From the NCBI RefSeq assembly GCF_030028105.1, contig NC_092401.1, positions 7,784,984-7,848,983 on the forward strand: a stretch of DNA of 64,000 bases, written 5' to 3'. The DNA is from Mobula birostris (lineage: Eukaryota). Made by a program: the position numbers and the translations under genes. Under the pieces are notes generated by a model that was not told the origin of the DNA, made no database searches, and saw only the letters and a program-made list of their open reading frames with translations. Positions 49,451-59,599 of the stretch are shown in pieces (within the stretch, counting starts at the first letter, position 1; every line of letters starts with the position of its first letter).

Positions 49451-50317
49451 GAAATTGCCTGCTACAAAAACATCAACAGCACTGACATCCTGGAGAGCCA
49501 CTACCCTCGATAGTCTGACTGATGAAGGTCAGTGTGCCAAAAGCCTTTGTCACCATACTGTCTGCCTGTGACACCACTTTAAGGAAACTGAGGTCCCTCG
49601 ATCTCTCTGTTCCGCAACACACTCCAGAGCTCTGCCGTTCACTGTGAAAAGTCCTACACTAACTTCACTTCCCAAAATGCAACACCTCGCGTTTATTTAT
49701 TGATTGATTGATTTCCAGCACGAAACAGGTTGCCGTTTAGTCCTCTTGCCACCATATCTGAATTAAACTCTATTTGCTATTCCTCTGTCTACTTACGTAG
49801 CTGATCAAGATTTCTCTGTAATTCCCAATAACCATCTTCACTGTCCATAATGCCACCTATTCTTCTTGTCATCTGCAAACTTCCTAAACATGTCCCTGTA
49901 TGTTCTCGACCAAACAGCAATGGGCCTAGCTCTGAACCCTGGGCACACAGCTCATCACGGGCTTCCAACCTGAGGGAGCACTCTCTGAGGTGCTGCCTTC
50001 CAGCTGAGGCATTAAACAGCCTGCTTTCTCAGGCTCGTAGCTAAAACAAAATGACAAACGCAAAGAACAGCAGATGATTTCTAATGGAATCCTGGTCACT
50101 ACTTGCCCCTCAATCAGCATTATTAAAGCAGATGATGGCATTGCCACGTGTTTGTTTCTGGTCTTGCTGGGTGAAATTTGGCCTTCACAGTCATTACTCC
50201 TCAGAAATGATTTTCATTGGTTGTGAAGTACCACGTCAAAATGTTTCTTGTGTAGTAACACACATCAAAGTTGCTGGTGAACACAGCAGGCCAAGCAGCA
50301 TCTGTAGGAAGAGGTGC

Positions 50318-50356
50318 AGTCGACGTTTCAGGCCGAGACCCTTCGTCATCAGGACT
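50318..50356 (-). ncRNA. Minimal type I hammerhead ribozyme motif in the Penelope 3' tail
   Basis: AGUC-CUGAUGA-(CGA)-AGG GUCUCGG CCU-GAAA-CG-UC^GACU: stem I AGUC/GACU, stem II AGG/CCU, core CUGANGA and GAAA, GUC cleavage triplet (predicted cut between 50322 and 50321). Confidence 0.75.
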
Positions 50357-50649
50357 AACTGAAGGAAGAGTGAGTAAGGGATTTGAAAGTTGGAGGGAGA
50401 GGGGGAGATCCAAAATGATAGGAGAAGACAGGAGGGGGAGGGATAGAGCCAAGAGCTGGATAGGTGATAGGCAAAAGGGGATACGAGAGGATCATGGGAC
50501 AGGAGGTCCGGGAAGAAAGACAGGGGGGGGGGGACCCAGAGGATGGGCAAGAGGTATATTCAGAGGGACAGAGGGAGAAAAAGGAGAGTGAGAGAAAGAA
50601 TGTGTGCATAAAAATAAGTAACAGATGGGGTACGAGGGGGAGGTGGGGC

Positions 50650-53600
50650 CTAGCGGAAGTTAGAGAAGTTGATGTTCATGCCATCAGGTTGGAGGCTACC
50701 CAGACGGAATATAAGGTGTTCCTCCAACCTGAGTGTGGCTTCATCTTTACAGTAGAGGAGGCCGTGGATAGACATGTCAGAATGGGAATGGGATGTGGAA
50801 TTAAAATGTGTGGCCACTGGGAGATCCTGCTTTCTCTAGCGGACAGAGCGTAGATGTTCAGCAAAGTGGTCTCCCAGTCTGCGTCGGGTCTCGCCAATAT
50901 ATAAAAGGCCACATCGGGAGCACCAGACGCAGTATATCACCCCAGTGGACTCACAGGTGAAGTGTTCCCTCACCTGGAAGGACTGTTTGGGGCCCTGAAT
51001 GGTGGTAAGGGAGGAAGTGTAAGGGCATGTGTAGCACTTGTTCCGCTTACACGGATAAGTGCCAGGAGGGAGATCAGTGGGGAGGGATGGGGGGGACAAA
51101 TGGACAAGGGAGTTGTGTAGGGAGCGATCCCTGCGGAATGCAGGGGGGGGGGGAGGGAAAGATGTGCTTAGTGGTGGGATCCCGTTGGAGGTGGCGGAAG
51201 TTACGGAAAATAATATGTTGGACCCGGAGGCTGGTGGGGTGGTAGGTGAGGACCAGGGGAACCCTATTCCTAGTGGGGTGGCGGGAGGATGGAGTGAGAG
51301 CAGATGTACGTGAAATGGGGGAGATGCATTTAAGAGCAGAGTTGAAAGTGGAGGAAGGGAAGCCCCTTTCTTTAAAAAAGGAAGACATCTCCCTCGTCCT
51401 AGAATGAAAAGCCTCATCCTGAGAGCAGATGCGGCGGAGACGGAGGAATTGCGAGAAGGGGATGGCGTTTTTGCAAGAGACAGGGTGAGAAGAGGAATAG
51501 TCCAGATAGCTGTGAGAGTCAGTAGGCTTATAGTAGACATCAGTGGATAAGCTGTCTCCAGAGACAGAGACAGAAAGATCTAGAAAGGGGAGGGAGGTGT
51601 CGGAAATGGACCAGGTAAACTTGAGGGCAGGGTGAAAGTTGGAGGCAAAGTTAATAAAGTCAACGAGTTCTGCATGCGTGCAGGAAGCAGCGCCAATGCA
51701 GTCGTCGATGTAGCGAAGGAAAAGTGGGGGACAGATACCAGAATAGGCACGGAACATAGATTGTTCCACAAACCCAACAAAAAGGCAGGCATAGCTAGGA
51801 CCCATACGGGTGCCCATAGCTACACCTTTAGTTTGGAGGAAGTGGGATGAGCCAAAGGAGAAATTATTAAGAGTAAGGACTAATTCCGCTAGACGGAGCA
51901 GAGTGGTGGTACAGGGGAACTGATTAGGTCTGGAATCCAAAAAGAAGCGTAGAGCTTTGAGACCTTCCTGATGGGGGATGGAAGTATATAAGGACTGGAC
52001 ATCCATGGTGAAAATAAAGCGGTGGGGGCCAGGGAACTTAAAATCATCGAAAAGTTTAAGAGCGTGAGAAGTGTCATGAACATAGGTCGGAAGGGATTGA
52101 ACAAGGGGTGATAAAACAGTGTCGAGGTATGCAGAAATGAGTTCGGTGGGGCAGGAGCAAGCTGAGACAATAGATTGGCCAGGACAGGCAGGTTTGTGGA
52201 TCTTGGGTAGGAGGTAGAAACGGGAAGTGTGGGGTGTGGGAACTATAAGGTTGGTAGCAGTGGATGGGAGATCCCCTGAGCGGATCAAGTCGGTGATGGT
52301 GTGGGAGACAATGGCCTGGTGCTCCTTAGTGGGGTCACGATCGAGGGGTAAATAAGAGGAGGTATCCGCGAGTTGTCGCTGTGCCTCGGCAAGGTAGAGG
52401 TTAGTACGCCAGACTACAACAGCACCCCCCTTATCGGCAGGTTTAATAATAAGGTTAGGATTAGTGCGGAAGGAGTGGAGAGCAGAGCGTTCCAAAGAAG
52501 TGAGGTTGGAATGGGGACAAGGTGTGGTAAAGTCGAGATGGTTGATGTCCCGTCGGCAGTTAGCGATAAAGAGATCCAGAGCAGGCAGAAGACCAGAGCA
52601 GGGTGTCCATGAAGAAGAGGAGGGTTGAAGACGGGAGAAGGGGCCATCGGTGGGGGTGGAAGAGTCCTTGCCGAAGAAGTAGGCTCGGAGACGGCGGAAG
52701 AAAAGTTCCGCATCGTGGCGAACACGGAACTCGCTGAGGTGTGGGCGAAGGGGGACAAAGGTGAGGCCCTTACTGAGAACAGAGCGTTCTGCCTCCGACA
52801 GTTGAAGGTCGGAGGGGATGGTAAAGACCCGGCATGGATGAGAGCTGGGATCAGAGGGGGGAGGGGGGAGGCTGGGGGTGTCAACAGAGAGGGGAGGGTT
52901 GGGGTGAGAGGAAGATGGAGCCTCTGAGGGCCCAGGAGTCGACGGTGGGATCTGAGGAAGACGGGGCTGCAGAGTGGTGGTGGGGGAAGGGGAGACAGGA
53001 GTCACAACAGCAGCACATAAAGACCCGGCCTGGAGTTCAAGGCTGGCATCGCAGTTGGTGGTTGCGCAATCGCTGTGAAGGTGTCCATGGTCGTTGCTGG
53101 AGTCCGGGTTTTGAATATGCCCTGAGGTGTTGGAGCCGGTGAGATCAATGGCAGGGGCCGCAATCTGAAGTTCATGCCTGCTAGCATCGGGGCCGGCAGG
53201 CTCTGGAGTCCGTAGATGTAGGATCTTGCGATCTTTGCCTAACATGACAAAGTCAAAAAAATGGCGATTGCAGGCGTGAATCCGACGGAGGATGAAATAA
53301 CGGGTAGGACCATTACAGACGGCGAAGAAAGTGTCCCGAAGGTGTGGAAGGGTCTGGGATAGGGACACCAAGTACCTCCTCATGGCGGAGAGAGTCGCCT
53401 TCAGAGCTTGACGGGAGAAGCGGTGAGAGGCAGAGTCAATAAAATGTGAGTACCTGGGATCCTCAGAAGGTCCAAATTGAGAGGCTTGGAAACGAATCCT
53501 AAAGCCAACTGGAGTAAGTTGGCGACGGAGGAACGTTCCAAGAAAGGATATATGGCTGTGATAGCAAGTCTGAGTCAAAGTGTGGTCGAAAAGTTGAAGA

Positions 53601-53689
53601 GCCGAAGAAATTACAGATGGGGAGCAGTGAGAGATGGTTTCACTGAACTCCCGTCGAAGAGAGGATCTAAACTTCTTCGGTGTAGGCAT
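50650..53689 (-). pseudogene. Penelope ORF (N-terminal extension, RT, GIY-YIG endonuclease) with one frameshift and one stop
   Basis: IKPADKGGAVVV, FYLLPKIHK, MDVQSLYTSIPH, GVAMGTRMGPSYA, RYIDD, VYYKPTD; CKRNKCYTC linker; GVIYCVWCSRCGLLYIGETRR. -1 shift at the G11 run (51143-51153); TAG at 50836-50838; natural end QPDGMNINFSNFR* at 50650. Confidence 0.9.
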
Positions 53690-53861
53690 CATGTGTAGTA
53701 TGTGTTTTTTAGAAAATCTGAGAAAGCATGGTAGATTAAACAGTAAGGTACATGCAATCTACAAGATTCCGGGATTTTCAGAAGGATCAGTAGCTTTACA
53801 ATTGATGTATTTGCCTGAGACGGTTAATGACTGTGTAATGGCTTTTGTGCAAGTTCCCCAG

Positions 53862-54070
53862 GTGATGATTGGAAAATGGTGTTGATGATCTTGCTACCCA
53901 TCCTAACAGTGTTACTCACGCTGGTATTCGCCTGTGTCCTAATGAACAGAGCTCGGAAAACAGGATATCACAATGTCATAAATGCAGTGCCCCACAAAAT
54001 TCAGGAAATCCCTTCTGTAATCTTTTCCTTTAACAGAAGTGAATTCAAACTTCTAAACAATAACTACTAA
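53862..54070 (+). CDS. ICAM/VCAM-like gene exon 7: transmembrane helix and cytoplasmic tail
   Basis: aagttccccag|GT GAT GAT TGG; MVLMILLPILTVLLTLVFACVLM then stop-transfer NRARKTGYHNVINA; stop TAA at 54068-54070. Confidence 0.88.
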
Positions 54071-55639
54071 CGAACTCAGATGTATAGTATTATTCAATTC
54101 TGCACAGATAAAACACTAATTTTATGAATAATGTTATTGAGAGAGACTGCCGATTCCAATACTACAGTCTACCGGCAACATATACTGTGCTAAATGCAAG
54201 GACACTTCATTCCCAACTTGTGTTGAATTCTGGGCTGTTTTGAATCAATTCATCAAAAAGTTGATTTGGATTTCCACAAACACAGAGTCACCACCTGAAC
54301 ATGGGCATCAGGGCTATTTCAGCAGTAAGGGCATCTGAGCCTGACAACTTTCCGTCCCACTCATGGAAATTACTGTTGGATAACAGATTTGTTCACATGT
54401 TGCAATCATCATCTTCTGTGGTAACTATTTGCTTAAATGACACAAATATTGTCTTCATATTATGTTACAAGTGGATAAAATGTGAGGCAACACCTTTCGC
54501 AACATCCTCCTCCTCCGGTTTAAACAGTTGATATCCGATCGCTTTCTATCCCTGTTCCAGTTACACAACTCCCCGAGGACTTTCTGACTGCCCATTGCTG
54601 ATTCATCCCTGCACTAGGGGGAGCTGTGCTTGCAGCTGCCTTCAGAGTTAAACTCTGCAGTTCCCTTCCCAGACCACAAGGTGTCTCTCTCTTGCTTTTT
54701 AATCATCCCCTGGTGTCGATCGGTGTCCGGTCCTCGGAGCGTTATAAATAGAAGTTGGCAGTATTCTGTCCGAGCACCTTCCAAAATAAATGTGTGTTCT
54801 AATCCTACCCGGACCCAATTCCGTTTAATATATTTAGTGATGACGCATCCACAACCTGTGCATGAGGAATCCCATCAATTCACAACTGGAGAAAAGAAAC
54901 TCCTCCCTAATTCAGTCACAAATGACCACCCACTCACCCCGAAACTTTGCCTCCTGTTCCAGCTTTCCATTTTTAGATAGAGCAGCCATCCTGGAAAGGA
55001 ATGGGGAAGACAACAGAATTAAATGTTAGGGTGAGGGGAAGGAGGATAGTTAGAAAATGACGGTGAAGCCAGGTGGGTGGGAAAGGTAAAGGGCTGGAAA
55101 AGGAGGAATCTGATCGGAGAGGAGAGTGGATCAGAGGAGAGAGGGAAAGAGGAGGAGCACCAGGGGGAGGTGAGAAGTGCTAAAGGGTCAGAGTGGGGAA
55201 CAGAAGAAGAGGGGAGGGTGGAGGGAAAATTCTTTATACCTATAGGACAAACCATTATCCATTATAAAGAAATATCATAATAAAGAGAGAATCAATTTTA
55301 TTTGTCATATACAATTAGGAATATTCTGTGTGTGTTGGTGTGACATGCAACAAAAACAACCATAGTATAGACTAATATAAAATTAAAATTCAAAGTAGAA
55401 ATATGGTGTCAAATGTGCATAAATATTGGCATATATTTGTCTAGCTTTGTTAAACACTTGACTACCATTCATGCTCTGCATTTAGAACAAGGTCGGATCT
55501 GGGAGGGAGAGTAACTCAAATAATCTTGCAGCCAGAATAGTTCTGAGAGTCCATTGAAATTGTGGTTACTGCCAGAGGAGCTTGTGCTCTGGAACTGGAA
55601 TTGGAATGAGTGCATTATCGTCGTATGTACAGAGATACA

Positions 55640-56100
55640 GTGAAAAGCTTGTCCTGGTTACTGTACATACAGATCAATTCATCACAATATGCACTGAGGC
55701 AGTACAAGGGAAAACAATATCAGAACACAGAGTAAGGTGTAACAGTGACAGAGGGCGTAGTGCAGGCAGAAAATAAGGTACAAGAGCATAATGAGGCAGG
55801 TTGTGAGGTCAAGAGTCTACTGTACTGAAACAGCAGGGTAGAAGCAGTTCCTGAGCCTGTGCTATGTGCTTTCAGACTCTTGTATCTCCTGCCCATACGG
55901 AGAGGGGTGAAGAGAGAATGTCCGAGGTGGGAGGGGTCTTTGACGATGCAAGTTGCTGTACTCAGGCAGTGAGACGTGTAGACAGAGTCTCTGAACGGGA
56001 CGGGAGGCTGGTTTCCATGATGTGCTGAGCTGTGTCCACATCCTCTGCAATTTCCTGTGATCAGCTCTTTGGTGTTTCCTGCACCGGGAAGGATTGTTGT
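55640..56100 (-). mobile_element. L2/Rex1-Babar-type LINE 3' fragment
   Basis: TCIVKDPSHLGHSLFTPLRMGRRYKSLK. Confidence 0.7.
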
Positions 56101-56103
56101 CGA

Positions 56104-56180
56104 TGTGTCTCCTTCCTGCATACTGACTCAGTTGTTTGTCTGTGTCTCCTTCCTCCATACTGACTCAGTTATTTGCCTAT
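56104..56180. repeat. 37-bp tandem duplication, each copy carrying an AP-1 site (TGACTCA)
   Basis: tgtgtctccttcct(g/c)catactgactcagtt at 56104 and 56141; TGACTCA at 56124 and 56161. Confidence 0.8.
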
Positions 56181-56800
56181 CTGACTCCATCCTGTACACA
56201 GACTCAGTGTGATACGGCTCACTACGCAACCTATCAGTCACGTGTTCCCAACCATTTTGATGCCATGGACCCCTACCATTATCTGAGGGCTAATGGTTAC
56301 ACAATTACATACACTTTCTCACCATTACTGTACCCCAGTGTGATTACATTAACTGTCAGATGTCCATTTTATTCCTCTAACTCCTAATTATTTCTAAATT
56401 ACCTTTCGTGTTAAATTCATCTCATTTCTGCCTCAGTTTTGGACTCACCCAGTCCTGCTTCTGAAATCGAAACAATCAGGCTCACCACTTTTCACTGCCT
56501 TGAGCTTACTGTTTTTACATAACTACATTGTGGACTCAATCGAACTGCAAATACTTTATACTGTATTATAAACCGTTTCTGTTATATCATTACAAGCATA
56601 TCAGTACGTGTTTCACTGTCATATCTTTAAGCTTTTGTTGCAGCCGGTGACTGGATACTTACTGTGTGTTTCATTACATAGACACCAATAAACCATGTCT
56701 TGTGTAGACAATATTTTCAGCACTGCTGTTCATGTTCCTACCACTCAGCAACATTATCGATATTGATATAAAAGGGTGTTTCTAGTCAACATATTTGTAT

Positions 56801-56806
56801 AATAAA
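56801..56806 (+). promoter_or_regulatory. Candidate polyadenylation signal for the ICAM-like gene
   Basis: AATAAA in AT-rich context followed by T/GT-rich sequence; an alternative AATAAA lies at ~56688. Confidence 0.35.
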
Positions 56807-57096
56807 TTTTAATGAAGTGAATGTATATTTTGAAGAAAATGTATTTTGTCGATGAAGCACGATTAAACATCATTGTTGGTAAGAAGAATCTTTTCACACC
56901 ATGGTTGGTGTTGGAAGTAACTGAAGCCATGTCTCACTCCAGTGTGCTTGATCACACATCAGGCACAATGTCCAACACCCACAAGTTTCTGCAGATGTTT
57001 CTCACCATCTATTTTTTATTGTTTTTATTTATTGAGACACAGTACAGAACAGGCTCTTCTAGCCCTTCGAGTCACACCACCCATTTAACCCACCCA

Positions 57097-57270
57097 TTTA
57101 ATCCTAGACTCATCACGGGACAGTTCACAAAGAACAATTAACCTCATAACCAGCAACCCACGGATTTAATCCTAGCCTCATCACGGGACAGTTTACAAAG
57201 AACAATTAACCTCATAACCAGCAACCCACCGATTTAATCCTAGACTCATCACGGGACAGTTTACAAAGAA
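57097..57270. repeat. 68-bp tandem repeat (~2.6 copies) derived from a V-SINE segment
   Basis: tttaatcctag(a/c)ctcatcacgggacagtt(c/t)acaaagaac starts at 57097, 57165 and 57233. Confidence 0.9.
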
Positions 57271-57580
57271 CTAGCGGGCGAGGGGGGTCCCATCAAACCG
57301 CCATCGGGCTCGAGCCCACCCCGCGTTTGAAATTGAAAAGCCGGCACGCGCGCCTTCCCAACCGCCGCTTCCTTCACGGAAACCGCGTTAATATTTTTTT
57401 ACTTCAAATACATTCTTATGAACTTACGGCGTTGCTTCTACGATGTTTCTCCGTGGGTCGAAACGGAGCTCGCCACCATCACGCCGCTCGCATGGCGCCC
57501 GCCTTCACACCTTCTCCGCACCAAGATCCGGCGAAACCGGAGGTGACGTCATCGCATGCGCGCTACACCACAGGCAACGA
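57270..57580 (-). promoter_or_regulatory. CpG-island promoter with a probable minus-strand first exon ending at donor 57428
   Basis: Dense CpG in an otherwise CpG-poor window; CRE TGACGTCA at 57544-57551; NRF1-like GCATGCGCGC at 57554-57563; minus strand GCAACGCC|GTAAGT. Confidence 0.65.
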
Positions 57581-59332
57581 ATTTACCTTTGTTAGACTGT
57601 AACATAGTTATCAACCTTCAACTTTAACTAGAAAATATTTACAAACAAATCATTTAAAACGTAGACCCAACAAAGTCAAATAAGGGCAACACAGGATTTA
57701 TATACATAACCTGTAATTAATTATTTAAATGAAGAAGAATCCCTAATTAAACAACATGTATGCATATTTACTCAAATATTATTGAAATAGCACATACACA
57801 ACAGAAGTAAGTTCAAAACTTTGTTGATAGGAGCACAGCAGAGGGGTGAGGAAGCACCGAAGTCTCAAACTTGGCTGCAATCTAGAACCTGCAGACCGGA
57901 GAAGAGGAGCAACTCACTGTTGGTGGGGAGGAGAATTGCTGAAACTGTGGAAGTACTGTGTGTAAATTGTGTACAAGGACTGCTGTGTAGATTGTGCAAG
58001 ATGTTCAGAAGTGGGAGGGTGCATCTTGTGGTCTTTCAGTTTCTGTTTGCTGGTTGTGAGGACTGGGATTTTTAACCAATAACTAACGGTGAGACTGTGC
58101 TTTATTCCGAGACATGAGCACTGGGACTGAAATGCTATTCCTGATAAGGAGTGTGATGCTCAGTTTGTTTTTATACAGGACACTTCTGCACTGGGGCTAA
58201 TAGTAAATAGTTTTCTGATAGTAAACTCAAAGTGGTAATATATTTTGGACTTTATTGTGATTGTGGGGATCGCCTCTGATCTGAACTGCATATATGCACA
58301 ACTGGACAATGAATGAACCCATGAATAATATCTCACTTTTTTTTGCCCTCTTTTTGCACTAAATTCAACTTTTTACATATACGACTATTTCTTATTGTAA
58401 TTTATAGTTTTTTTATTTATTGCCACAAAACACCAAACTTCATGACGCACTATATAGCAGTGATATTGAATTCAGATTCTGATTCTAAAGTGGAAGATCT
58501 GAATTCAGTCTGTGATTGAGTTTGGGCTTCTATCATGGGAGAGGCTGTTTAATCTCATCCTTTGCCAGATGCACCACAAAACATAACTACGTGGTAAATA
58601 CAGAAACTGGATCTGACTTTCCAAGAAGTCAATAAAAACACTTTGTGCATTAGAGGAGATGATCTCAATCAAGACATTCATCCTTCGGGACTTCTCCCCA
58701 TTTTTCTTTGCTAAAAACTTGGATGAAAGCAAAAATGAAGGGTTATGCTCTGTGTAGGAGGGAAGGGTTAGATTGATCGGGGAGTAGGTTAAAAGTCGGC
58801 ACAACATTGTGGGCCAAAGGTGTACTGTTCTATGTTTCCTGAGCAACATCAGAACATGAAGGAATTGATACTCATGGAGCTGGAAACAGACATTGAACTG
58901 ATGAGAAGGAACTGGAAACTCAGGATTAAAAGTCAGCTATTTTTTCTTATTCACAATTCACATTAGGGATACAGTATACAATTAGCGTTTCCTTCACTCC
59001 AAGTAAATCTCGAGAGCTGAGTTGCTTTACAAAGTTCTATTAACTGTAATCCATATTTCACCCTCTTCTTTATAAGCCTCTTCCATCCATGTGACTGAAA
59101 GCAGAACAAACAGAAAATAGTGCCTGTCTTTGACACCCTGCTCTGTAACCACTCTCCACGCTCATTCATATCAGAGCTCAAGCAGCCTCCCATCCGGTCA
59201 TTTCTCATGTGCTGAAGAAGCTGTTCACCGCCACTCTGTTTTCCCAGACTGTAGGGACAATAATTCTGGAAGAGGAGAGTGGACTCCATGAATCCACACG
59301 CTGCCAGACTGTGGGCAGTTCACTCATCTGTA

Positions 59333-59556
59333 TCACACAACTGGCCTTCCAGTCCAGGGCAAGTTCAGTCCAAAACAAAAACAGAAACTGCTGCAAACAC
59401 CGAGTAGCTTGACCTTGGAAATGTCGAGAGGAAGGAGAGACCTGACATGCACTGGAGTTGTGAGAAAAGAGATCAACAAGAACTTCCCAAGAATTAGAAG
59501 CAAAATACCCAGTGAATCAATAGAGGCGAAGCCTCTGATCACGTGATTTGTTCCTG
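59333..59556 (-). CDS. Candidate terminal TM exon of a minus-strand receptor, with Lys in the membrane span
   Basis: Strong acceptor tttcctcctctttcttttcag, phase 1, GTNHVIRGFASID-SLGILLLILGKFLLISFL-TTPVHVR...*; no upstream exons seen in the window. Confidence 0.35.
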
Positions 59557-59599
59557 CTGAAAAGAAAGAGGAGGAAATGGTTGATGACAAATAGCCATT

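Larger units (their letters stand above)
50258..53691 (-). mobile_element. Nearly complete Penelope-like element (Neptune-like Cys-rich linker) with a 9-bp TSD
   Basis: TGTGTAGTA at 50249-50257 and 53692-53700; single ORF RT + GIY-YIG; 3' tail with a hammerhead. Confidence 0.92.

Noticed and set aside
51143-51153. Programmed -1 frameshift between Penelope RT and endonuclease
   Set aside because: Penelope-like elements encode RT and GIY-YIG in one frame; a homopolymer indel, real or from assembly, is sufficient.
54308-54415. Box C (ATGATGA) and box D (CTGA) on the minus strand, resembling a C/D snoRNA
   Set aside because: No terminal stem or identifiable guide; it overlaps a LINE-like fragment (RASEPDNFP).
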